A stretch of DNA of 55,190 nt, the filler included, from Sphacelaria rigidula (taxonomy: Eukaryota): assembly GCA_964200075.2 (NCBI GenBank). It is 5 parts of 5 records of this genome, joined end to end, with 100 filler letters (N's around TTAATTAATTAA, not from the genome) between each part and the next. Parts side by side here need not be neighbours in the genome. Positions count along the whole stretch, not along the records: positions 33,183 to 44,137 come from CAXNAA020005623.1; positions 44,238 to 55,190 come from CAXNAA020005624.1; 3 more parts are not named here. One strand, 5' to 3'. Each line of letters starts with the position of its first letter. Position 1 is the first letter of the stretch. The position numbers were made by a program, and so were the translations under genes. This document shows, one piece after another, positions 37,375 through 49,329 of this stretch. The notes beneath the pieces are model-generated. The model saw only the letters and a list, made by a program, of their open reading frames with translations. It ran no database searches and was not told the DNA's origin.

Positions 37375-39635
37375 GTGAGCAAAATTCAGTCTTGCAAGGT
37401 TTGGCATTGAGTACTGTAAAGTACGGTAGTGACCCTAGATATACGGTGGTCATCACCTTCCGGTTGACATGGTATTTCCCGGATCCATAAATCGATCATC
37501 TAGGAGCGAGCTGTCCACGCTGCCCACAGTACAAAGTGACCTGGCACTGCGCCGTAGGTATAATGGGGGTCCCGGCGTCGTGCGGTGGGTTGTCAGCTGT
37601 GCATTACTACTCTACTGTTGAAGTGTTTTCGGAAATTCGAATCGGATTTGTGACGAGTGGTTTTGAATGCATGGTAGTTGGACCCGCTCTCGTCCTTAAC
37701 CCTCAGACCGCGAGGTTACTCTTCTGTTGAATCGGCATCAATTTCGAGTGAAAACAAGTATACGTGATCCAGAAAGACTAATCTCGCGGTCTAAGGGTTA
37801 ACTCCATGTGTGTGATGTCAATAATATAAACCAATATCATGCTCACCAGACGATTTTACCGCATCATCGGACAGGGGTACTCGTACAACTGTACTAGTCC
37901 ACGTTCTACCCGTGATGCACACTGTTTGTTGTCTACGATATGATCGTGTATGCAGCTTGTTTTTCCTTGTGTTTCCTTGGCGTGTTTTTGCAGATGCACC
38001 GTATACAAGCATGACTTTCACCATATACTCTTTTAGGTACGTGACTACTCAAACGAAGGTACGGGATTACTTGAGATGAGTTGGTACGAAGATCAGCCAA
38101 GGGAGCGCTCCGTTTTTTGTTTTTTTCTTGGCGTTTTTCTGCTGTTGTTGTCTTGGTGCGCTGCTGTCACGCGATTCACGCGGCGGGAACACGCCAGATA
38201 TGATGAGAGGTTCGCTTGTAGTGGAGAGTAGGACTGATGTTGATCACCCTGCTTCATGCTCCTACCGTGTACTGTTGTCTGACTGCTGCTGCAGCGGTGT
38301 GCCTTTCATCCATGTACGCTCCCGCTGCTGCACTGATTTACGATCATATAGAACACTTTAGACGGTATACTGCTACAGCCTGTACAACAATAGTACTCAT
38401 GATGGTGCAGGAATACTGTACTGTCTGTACACCTTGCGTGCTGTGCTGTGCTATACTGTGCTATACTGTTTCTCTGTTGCTTGGTGTTGTTGGTCGATTA
38501 CTGCCCCTCCCCAGCGCTGCAAACCGCCCGTGCGCCAAACAGCCCGCATTACACCACCGGTCCCGGCGACAACTGTCTGCGGTGTGCTATGTTTTCATAA
38601 TATCGCTATCAGAGACACTTCTCACGCGCTACAGCAGTATTATTGATCGTTTGACCGCCAGGGTTGGCGATTCGGGTCGCACTCACTCTGCAATGGCGGA
38701 GTAAAGAGTTGCAAGGGTGTGTTGAGTAGGTCATTTCCTTCAGAAGGGTGTTTTGAAAATCGTGCGTCGAGTACCCAAAACTTGGGTTTAGTATTGAGAT
38801 CGTACTCAACAACACGCGGATATTTCGTCAAGTAATGTGATCGTACATGATTTGTACTCGGCTTTCGAATCTGTGCATTGATGAAAGCCCTGCGCGCAGG
38901 GCAAGTGTGGGGGTAGGTGCTCGCGCACTCCTCGTGATCCGCGAGGTCAAAAAGATGCTACGCCTCACCGATTCCCCACAGGAGACAGTACTACAGTAAA
39001 GTGTTCCGGTTGTACCACTTCCGACACTCGTATTGCCTGCAATCGAACATCAATCTGGCTGGATGTTCAGGCCGCCGTTCTTCACGCCTGCTATATTATT
39101 ACGTCTGCCTACCAGTCTCTCAGTGTCCAATGTTCGGTATCAGCGGCACAGACGTTCCAAGCCCTAAAGCCTTTCATCTTCTGCTCGGCGCTCGTCATCT
39201 CACATGTATTATGATTCATGCGTAAGTTCAATGCAATTTATTTAATCCGGTAGATAGAAATTGTTTCCCCCCCACAGAAACACATGATTCCCTCGATTGG
39301 GAATATTTCGCCTTTCCCCAACAACAGTTGGTTGGAGTTTGATGATTGGATCATCGCAACACAAAGTGCGGGAAAGTCAGTACCCGGGTATTTACCCTAC
39401 CCGAAGCACCCTCGAAGGGTTGAGTGCCTACTTTGTATACATTCATGGCATGCATTCGTGTGCACATGTGCCCTATCATCGTCCCCTCATCAAGTTGAGC
39501 ACCCAAGGAATGCATTCCCCTGGCTGCACCAACTGTAACGACCACAAATTCAAAAGAGAAAAAAAACACATTTTTGGGTCGCTCGCTATTTATGATAACA
39601 AGACGAAGTCCTTTATTACGAGTTGCACTGCACGC

Positions 39636-39950
39636 CGGTCGCCCCTGTGGCTCAGTTGGTATCCTCGAAATCTTCTGACGGCTTGGTCGGGTTCGAATCT
39701 CGGAGTGATTTGGGATGTTTCATCATGCCCAGCAGTGCAGAGTTTATGTCGTGGATACAAAACGTTCGACCAGATGGTCGGCGAGGGGAAGGGATCGCTG
39801 AACCCCCCTCGCGTTGAAAAATAAAGGTGAGCACCGCAAAAAAAAAGCGGAACCTTCCTTCTGTGTGACCCCGGCTGGTGCGCTCACATATACCGAAAGG
39901 TGTAGACCGGCGCCCAGAATAGATGGGATGATAACACACACACATACACA
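39636..39950 (+). mobile_element. tRNA-derived SINE, family A, with 10-bp target-site duplication
   Basis: A-box TGGCTCAGTTGG, B-box GGTTCGAATCT, same body and tail as the 18855 copy, (CA)n tail. TSD CACTGCACGC at 39626-39635 and 39951-39960. Confidence 0.9.
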
Positions 39951-42900
39951 CACTGCACGCGACAATCGTGCACCTCAGCAGGCCTCTGATCACTCCCACA
40001 CAGACCGCCATAAAGCCTTAACTTTTCAAACGGCCGACTAAAAATTGGATCAACATTACAAAAAAATAGTACTTCTCGTGCGTGCGTAGAAGTTTGTGGC
40101 CAACAGGACGATAGTCGAAAGTGAATTTGCCATACTGCAAGGTATGGGCGTCTTTCGTCGCGGTTTGATTTGTGGATCGATTGATAGGTTAATTTTCGCG
40201 GATCAATTGATCTCCCAGAGATTCCGGCCGTGATCATTCCTTCTTAAGATTTGACGTGTGACCATCAATTTGTCAATCCGTTCATCAATTCATCAGTCGA
40301 AACATGCGTGCGTATTGCGTACCCGAGCTAAACGAGTCGGAAAGAGTTGACTTGGAAGTGGAAACTTGAGAACAGGAGAATCAGACCAAATGAATGCATA
40401 CTTCCTCCGCCCTCTAGGTCTTGGTCGTCAATTAAGGGGTGCAGGTCGCATCTCCCGAACGGAGGCGCTTACAATGCTGTAGTTGAGGTCGGCAAAGAGA
40501 TTAAATATATTGAGATCCTCACAGAACGAGAAAGTATAGTAAAAACAAAGAAAATGCATAATATTTTGTTTACACTGTGTACATCGGGTCAGAATTTACC
40601 CCAATTTGTCCACTTTTATTTTGGTTTTAGCCAGATTCGACCATTTTTTTTTTCTTGTCTTTTTCGTGCTGGGCAGGAGTCATAACGTGACAGAAGGGGT
40701 TTCGGATGACAAGATTTTTGCCAACGTCGACCGATGTTTGCCATTCTCGTGCTGGAGAGCAGTGATGATGTGACAAAAGTTGTTTTGGACGACACGGTTT
40801 TCGCCAAGTTCGACCCATGTTTGCCTCTTTCGTGACGCTGAACAGAAGTGAGCGCCGTGGCAAAGCGGTTCTGGACGATACGGTTTTCTCCAATTTCAAA
40901 CATTTTTTGCCGTGTCCGTGGTGGATAGAAGTGATGACGTGACTAATGTGCTTCAGGACGAGACGTGGCTTAGCCTCTGTAGAAAGAGCAGACTAAAACG
41001 AGTAACTTTTTTTTTTTTTGCCCTCGGAGAAGGAGGCGAAATGCGGCTGTTCTCGGGGATTTCAAGCGGCCGTTCGGACGACTGTAAAAAACAACAGCAT
41101 ATTGGTTCTCTCTAAAAACGCTGCACCTTGGACAATATATGCTTAATATATACAATAGACGAAAAGTGTACTGCATAAAGTATAAGCCTATTGCAACTAT
41201 TGACCATATTTTGTCCAAGGTTTGAAAAACGCCAGTGAAATGCAACGACACGAAAAGAAGAAAAAGGAGCAATATATCAAATCGGGCACGGTTTGAGGAC
41301 CCGTACAAACAACCACCCAGACGGCTTCTGGAACAGAGGAAGGAAGCATGGCATGTTATGAGACGTGTCCTACAACAGTCAGTAGCACTCTGCAAGAAGT
41401 GGAGCTGTACAGGAAGTATCTCACGAATTCGCGATGAATGGGCAAAATAAGTCGTCGCGATCCTCCTGTGGGAGAGGAAAGGCGTCGATACCGCACCCTG
41501 TATGGAAGGAACTGTGGAGAAGAACTCAACGGACACAGTGCCCCCCCCCCCCCTGCACCCCCCTCGTATTATTCGGTGATTCTCGCACATGAGTGTTCAG
41601 TAGGGGACAACAAAGTGCATGCTAAACCCAACCAGCGTCGACAAAGACCCACCGCTGCCCTTAACGCACGCACAGCTCTCTTGTCAGTCATGTAAAAGAT
41701 TCTTGTGTAATGTATGGAAGAAAGCGTGGTGAGTGCCCAAATGCTGGAAGTGTCCATGACTAGGAGTAGGAATGTTGCTCCATCTCGATAGGGATGCGTG
41801 GTCAATGGTCAAATGAGGACTACCAACAAACGAGTAACTCCCCCCCCCCTCCCTTGTTTCACGAATACTGGTGTAATTTCGAGTAAGAGTTCAACCCCAA
41901 GTTTTGAGAGTCACGTCGATACCCCTCACCGCCACCCCCACCACTACCCCTCTTTGATTTTACCCATTTTCAACGCTGTTTCAGCCGTTAGTGCAGGATA
42001 ATGGTCAACGAAGGTCGAGGAGCGGGGGAGAATGGGGGCAGACGACCGGGCTTGGTGCGGCGTTGCCTGCAGCCGGCGGTGCAGTAGTAGCCTCGGCCGC
42101 GCCGCGTGTTTCTGGGGACGGGGGGGAACCGGCAAGGGGGTTATCAGATAGTCATCGCCCAGACTTACAGGTCAGAGCGCCGGCGATGCGTGCCGGCCCA
42201 CGAAGCGGGTTCGGCTCCGACTCGGAGTACGACGGGGGGTTAGGAACGCCTTCCACGTTCCGGGCGTGACGTACGTGGAAACGAATTGTTTGTTTAGGTA
42301 GATCAGACGTGACGTGTGGCTTATTGGGTATCGTCGCCGTGGCGTACGTGCATATATACGTGCGTACGGTGCGTACTTGTTTCCTAGTTTTTTTTTCTTT
42401 TTCCTTTTGTTCATGTATATATAATTTGCATTTTCAATAAAGCGAACTGATCGAAAATGATCGATCGGTACATAATGAAGGTATGCTTTACATATATTTT
42501 ATGTATCCATTACGCAATAAAGATTGTATCTTGGTGTTTTTTTTCTCTCTTTTTTTTTTTTGTCGTGTACGCTTTTTTTCTTTTTTCTTACTCGCTCTTC
42601 TTATGTAACCTTCTTGTCATATCTTTTGTATTTTTTTTTCTTCTCATGTAGCAGTCGTCTCATCTGCTGTGTCTTGATTGATGATTGACTGACTGGTTGT
42701 TTGATTCTCCGCAAGGATCTTTGTTCAAGTAGGGGGTCATGGGTTGGCCGGGGTAACGAAGCGGTCCGGTTCGAGGAGGTCGCAGGGAGGGTGGGAACAG
42801 TCGAATTTTTCATTTCATTTTTTTTTTGTACTTGCCTCACCGTGTCTTGTCCTCTGTGATATCGGTGTGGATTCTGACAAGTGAGGGAGGCGGTCGGGCG

Positions 42901-44349
42901 CGTGTGCTGTGATGAGTTGAATCAGTGGAGAAACTAAGGCGGGAGTTTTTATCGTTTTTTTTTCGTGCTTTTTTGACAGTGTGATGTGAAAGGCGTGGAA
43001 GGCAGTCAAGCAGTTGCCTTGAGATTGTTTGATTAAATATTGAAACAAGCGCGAAAAAAATCTCAGAGGAGGGATGAAAGGGGTTAGAGGAAGACAAGAG
43101 CGCATACACCTTACGCAGTCGTCGTTTTTTTTTCATGTTTTTTTCATGGAGGGTTTTGTGGATGGAGGATGGCAGACACAGAGAGACGGGGAGGAGGAGA
43201 AACTGTGGGATGGGAGCGCAACGAATTTTTGCGATCGAAGTGAAACTCCACCAACGCAAGTTGAGAGACGCGGGGAGGGGGGTCGTATGGGTGGCAATCT
43301 TCCGGAATCGAATACGCGTTCGTCGGTGGTGGAGTTTCGGATCGGTAGTTCCAAACGTCAAACGTCAGCAGCCACTGAAAAAGGGTTGGAGATTTGTGGG
43401 CGGAGATGTTGCGGCGAGCTTTTGATCGATACAAGTATAACGGCGTTATGGGTTGACCGGGGAGGAAGTTGGGCTCCTCGCCATGATTTCTCCAACCCAC
43501 ATTCCTCACCACCACTAGGCTCTGCTTTAATTGAAATCCTGGTTGATTCCCTTGCTCTCGTGCTGCGTACCCGAATCCCCTTGACTCTGCGAAAAAAAGG
43601 CAATGTGTAGGGGAATGAAAAGGGTATTACTTGCGAAAAACGAATAAAATACGAGATCTGCTTTGAAAAGGGAAACGTAGTTGCTGCATACGCTAGCTGT
43701 ACTTGTCTCTCTGTGCCTCTCTGTCCCTCTTCCACGGGCACTACTGCGCGGCAGTATTGCTTGCGTTGTCATCACCGTGTGTTAGTGCCGGCGTCCGTCT
43801 GCTATGTTTGGTTGTGGGCCTATCGTCCCGGATGTATGTGTGTGTGTGCCTGTGTGTACTTTTCTATCTCGATCTACTTCTCTCTCTCTCTCGATCTACC
43901 TCTCTCTCCTAGTCTCTGTTTCTCATTTTTTTTGTTTTCGTTGGAGCTGGGCGGCAGAAAACAAGAAAGGAAAGAAGCACTGCCCCTATGGTGAGCGCGG
44001 GTAGTCGGTCGAAAAAAGAGAACATTTTTTTTCCGGCAGTCGTCTTGAAAACTGACTGAATGGAGTGTTTGCTCCGTCTCGAAAGGGATGCGTGGTCAAT
44101 GGTCAAATGACTAAGGCAAGCAACAAATGAGTACGCCNNNNNNNNNNNNNNNNNNNNNNNNNNNNNNNNNNNNNNNNNNNNTTAATTAATTAANNNNNNN
44201 NNNNNNNNNNNNNNNNNNNNNNNNNNNNNNNNNNNNNGCTTTTGGGCGGGGGGGGGGGGGGGGGGGCTCCGTGTCCGAGTTTTTTCTCTCGACAGACCCT
44301 TGATAAATCCTGAATTTTGAAGCATTATTTTCCAGTATGACATGGCGAG

Positions 44350-45450
44350 GCATCTCGCTTGAACTCGCAAGTGGGTCATTCCGGGACATGTGAAAGGGTT
44401 GAAAGCACCTTGTGGGGGTTATAATGGTGTTCACTCCGAGATTGTTCCAGGTTCAGACCTCTGCGTACGTTGTTTGGTCACTCAGTTCAGCAACGCGGGC
44501 TGATCCCAGTTGTTTCACAAAGGAGACAACGAGAAAATAATACAGACCAGAATAGCACTTTTATCCAGCAGTTGATTGTATCCGAGCTACATCTACAGCT
44601 CAGTTATAGCACACATTTGTAAAACAAACCGAAACAGGCCTAAGCTTTGATCAATAAAATACACCAGACAAAAACAGCAGCCCGACTACTGCTTTTTATC
44701 TCTGGGACTCACTTTCTCGAGGTCTGTAGATACTCCAACAATGGGAAACTGGTGAATTGCAGCCAAAACCCGAAAAGAGAAGAGAGAGTGAGCGTAGGGC
44801 TACTCTTTGAAACGCGCTTCGCCGCCCCCTAAATCAACATATCCAAGGTCATACACAATCCCAAAATGCGTGCTCGTGAATTCATGCCATGGTTGAGTCA
44901 CTACCGTTTTCTTTCGAATTCAAATACATGCTTTCCGTAGAACATCAACCTCAAGGGGTAGCGAATTATCCGCTAATTGAGCATGAAAATGTCACGTCAT
45001 TCAATGTCACTTTTGCCCAAGATCATGGCTACGTCCTGCAGCCACATCATATCACATTAGGGGGTGATATCTAGGGAATATCCTACCACCTCTGTCTAGG
45101 TCTTATGATTGGTTGTGCTCCAGTATGGGCGTGTCACCCAAAATCCAAGACGATACCTTCAGCTAAATTACTCCACGTTAAACCATGAAGAAGACCGAAA
45201 TATCTCGGGTTTGATGCACAGGTATACGAATCGCTCGAGCTTTGAATGGATCCACTGATCACTCTGATCGAGTATAGCCGGTCCAAAATCACTCGAATAC
45301 AGTACGGTCATACTCAATCCAAGACGGCAGGATCCTCAAAAACGTAGGTGTACTCGTAGTGCACAGGTAAACGAGTGGCGTGATTTTAATGTGGGTCCAT
45401 TATTGACTTGCGCCAATGATGATAGTCTTATCACCTCAGTACGTTGTAGT
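44350..45450 (-). pseudogene. Possible very old Gypsy RT/RNase H relic
   Basis: Minus-strand SVDPFKARAIRIPVHQTRDISVFF (like VDP.KV.AI..P.P.T..DIRSFL) near 45190-45265, and AITEL* (like YSITELE) near 44595-44615. Heavily interrupted by stops. Confidence 0.33.
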
Positions 45451-46991
45451 CGAATAATAAGTCTATTTCAAGATCATCAGCAATACGAGCCAAAATTGCC
45501 TGACATCTGAACATGACTTCATTTAGGTGTATTCTATCCGTTGTAAATTACTGGGATGAAATATCAGCAACTTCTGGGCACCAAAAAAATAGAACTCCCC
45601 TCTCCTGGGAGGGGTCAGGTGTTGAGGGGGGTGCGAGGTATCGTGCCCGGAATTCCCGTCTTCGAGGGCCCTGTATGCACGTTTCATTTCACCTGTAAAC
45701 TAGCACATAATAAGCTACCCCAAAGCTTCTGTATCGGAGGAGGAGGAGGAAATCGGGAAACGAGCATATGCGTGTGTGTGGTTGGTATTCCTGGGATATA
45801 CAGAAGAACACGAATGCCAAGTGGAAATCAACTGTAAAACAACATCGTGCTTTCCCCCCTGCCGGCAGATATGTCGCTTGTCCATCTGTTGTGACCGTGG
45901 GTCTGAGCGTTGTCCCCTGATCCGTTGCATAACGATCCGTCGTGAGCCTCTCATTGGTGACGGGGAGGGAACGAGAAGCTTCGAGCAACGGGCACGCTGT
46001 AAGTATTTCAGGGCCTCAAAATGCAGCAGTAAGACTATGAATATTTTCACTGCATAGAAACGTACGCACTATTGTAGCTCTAGATCCGCGCAGCATTGTG
46101 TGTGACACGTTTTACCCCTCCGTGATGTGCAAGACGGCGGCGGACGGAGTAACAGAAATCCCGTCGCAGAAGATCCCGATCCGCGATACCGATACCGTAT
46201 CTCTCCACAAGTTGGAGCACTCTCGGGGGCATTGGTGCGGTTCGTTTCTCTCGAGAAAATCGAGGCCGAAGAACTTATCACTGGTGTGCGTTCTACAGTA
46301 TGCCACGAACGCCATATCCATCACTAATCCGTTGTGCGTTATTGTTTTTTACTCCGTGTTCAGGAACCCACTCCGTATCCGCGTCGCACTGAACGGTACG
46401 CTGGACTGTCTCCCAGGATCAGTGCCATCATACCCGGCACCATATGTAGAAATGATGTATCAGTCCCTCTTGTTGGTCTATACATTCGTGTGCTTGCTTT
46501 TATTCTTGAAGGCAGCATAGAATGGTGGAGGCGTAGGCAGGCTGCTGTGTCGTATACCGTGTTGCAACCCGTATGCCTAACATCGCAGAGTGCACCGTAG
46601 TGTGGATGACGAACACTCGCTGGCCACGAGGTATATTTGCTTAAACAACAAATAGCCAAGATATTCCAACTAATAGCTCAAAGTACAGCTACTATTGTAA
46701 CTCCAAACTTCGTAATTGCTAGTATTTCCAGCGAGCAAAGGTGCTCCCTGTTTACCGTGTCACGAATCTCTTCGCAACGGACACAACGCTTCGTGAACTA
46801 AGACGGTACGGTGGATAACACCCCAACGCCCATCAACAGATATCCACCCGAGTACGCAAAATGAGGGTCTAGACAGGGGTTACTTTGCGATGACATGTGA
46901 TTTTACGGCGGCCTGACAATCTCAAACGAGTTGATCAGAACACGTGCCCCTTCCGCTGATCAATTGTGAATCCTACAACCCTATAGAAAGC

Positions 46992-47687
46992 GACCACGGC
47001 CCGGTCGTCTAATGGTGCACGTGACACCATCGGGTCAGATACATGGGTTCGATTCCCGTCAGATGCGTTCATTATGAATTTTTCTTCAATGAAAGATTTA
47101 GTTTCCGTTGTTGGAAAATGTGGGGACGTGTGTAGCAACAAGAGTTCGTTTGACGCAGTTTTTCACAACTGTCGCTACCGGGCGGCGGTGAGTCATAGGT
47201 AGGGAACACGCAGCAACAGGGACCGCACTATTTCGTATTCTTCTCCTCAACCCATGTATATGCTGCGTGTCTTAGGACCCCATACTTGTTGAAACACGTT
47301 CATCTTGGTGTGGACGCGGGCCGATTCGTCCGCACGCCGTGCGCGATTCAAGGCTGGAATCGGCCTTACAGTGTATCATACGGCTTAAGCCCGATACGAC
47401 CTTAACACGTGACGTGGCCATGGTGGCCGAAAACGGCGATAAGGCCGGATTTTTCTCTATGCACGGGTTCGGCCTTAAAGTGCGGTACCCCCTGTACCAC
47501 AACTGTAGGGTGAGCACCGAGTGAGAGATGGCTGGATCCCTTGAGTCCACTGATTGGTCCGGAGAAAGGGGCGGGGTTCAGAGTGTGACAAAAAAGAAGA
47601 AGAAATGGTACCACCGTATGTTACACATCGCTCGTGTATACGTTCGAGTACCATTTTCTTGAGCCATGTCTATGCTGTGACCACGGC
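46992..47687 (+). mobile_element. tRNA-headed non-coding element, family B (~0.68 kb), bounded by 9-bp direct repeats
   Basis: Head CGGTCGTCTAATGG...GGGTTCGATTCCC (A/B-box-like). GACCACGGC occurs at 46992-47000 and 47679-47687. 3' hairpin aagaaatggtac...gtaccattttctt. Confidence 0.65.
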
Positions 47688-47849
47688 TGACTTCTTGACG
47701 GATTAATTCATACGCGACAGCCATTCTTTCAATTAATCAAGCATGGCCCGCCCGTTGTTGGTCGAAGAATATCATCTTAATTTTAACCTTCCTTTTCGTA
47801 AAATCGTATGTGCAGGCATGTCGTAGAGAAGTATCGCTGACCCTCTCCA

Positions 47850-48900
47850 TTGATAACACTCACACTTTGTGGAGGAAACCAAAGCTGTAGTGGAGGAACA
47901 AACAGCACACGCAGAGAACGCTGAGGTGAGCGGGAAAACGCTTCTCCGTAGGTACCACCGGTAGGTTGATGGCCACAGCCGCTTGTCGTGGCCGGGATGG
48001 GGAGCAATGGAAGGGTCCAGGCGCTACGGCCTCCAAAGGAAGCGCTGTGACCGAGCTTCAAGAAGGTGCAATATGATGCGGGATGACTGTTGAGACGATG
48101 GAATAATTGCTGGGTTAGACAATCAGCAGTCATTATTCACGTCGGTCGACTTTGTGATATCTCTAGAAAAACGGTGGGGAGAACATGAATGGATGTGGTG
48201 TGCACGTGCGCTCACGGCTGACGTGATTAGAGTTGCCAGCATTGTATTGTTCATCCGATTTCATCGGCGACGATGAAGTAATCGTAGAGATTGAATTATC
48301 GCCCTTCAAATCAGACCGGCAGCCATTTGCTGGTTTTCCGCGCTGCCACCTCAACGAAAAAGTCTTCAGTCAATACACCCTTGTCAAGCGATGAAGCCCC
48401 TTATGACTGGGGAAAGTATGCCATGTCTAAGTCTTCGATCCAGATTCGGAGAAGAAGTTAAAAACATGACCGATCGACGAATCGGTTCCATTGCGCTTAA
48501 TTGATCATCACCGAGAGCTCACGATTTTCTATAGTATCGCCGGGTGTTTTCGGACGGAAGAGTTGGATGCGGCCAAATCGTTCCTGTGCATACAAGCTCC
48601 GACGTGTGTTCGGTCAGCATCCATTTCCTAGGAAACCTCCGCCGTTCGGGTTACAACTGCGTCATAACAGGAGGGCCTCCCGACCTCAAGAGCAATGTGA
48701 CAATCTGATCCTCACACTCTGTCCTTTTTGTGAGGCGCAGCTACCCGAAGTATGTCGAAGTGCGTGCTTCAGAGGTGAACAAATGGTACTTTTAGAAAGC
48801 TCGCGCGTTGTTCGAATCACAGTTTACTTTAGATGGTGGGTGATAGCACCCCGGGACAACAGTCCATCTGACAAGGTTCGTTCAACATTATTTCTTCCGT
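47850..48900 (-). pseudogene. Degraded Gypsy integrase relic
   Basis: Degenerate motifs in the expected order on the minus strand: HTSGSCASQK (HHCC-like), GKPANG (HPQANG-like), RERTCTPHPFMF (STG.TPF-like), EAVAPGPF...AINLP...AHLSVL (GPY/F-like). Confidence 0.4.
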
Positions 48901-49329
48901 AAGCTGCGGCGACGACACTGCCGACGGTTGCGTAATCGGAACTGTTTTTCGTTGAAAAATGTGAACAAGAGGCATTTGTGGGTAGTGCACAGCCATTTTT
49001 CGTTAAGGAGAAAATCCGCATTCGGAAGGGTGCATCCCCCATGGATGCATACTCCACAGTGCGTTTATTCTCTCCTCTCTTGTGCATATTTATCGAGTTC
49101 CCTTGGCTAGTGTTCCTTATATTGAACTCGGGTACGCCTATGTTGTGATACTTTGGGCACGGCTGGAGTCGTAGCCGGTTGACTTTTATGTGCGAGAGTC
49201 AATCGATCAAGCAATAAGTTAATCACTCGTCAGACGACGACAGTTGTGTCCATCTTAACCGCGCCTCATGAACCCTATGGTGCTCATTGTCCTGTTATTC
49301 TCGGGGATATGAAAAACCTGTGTGCACAG

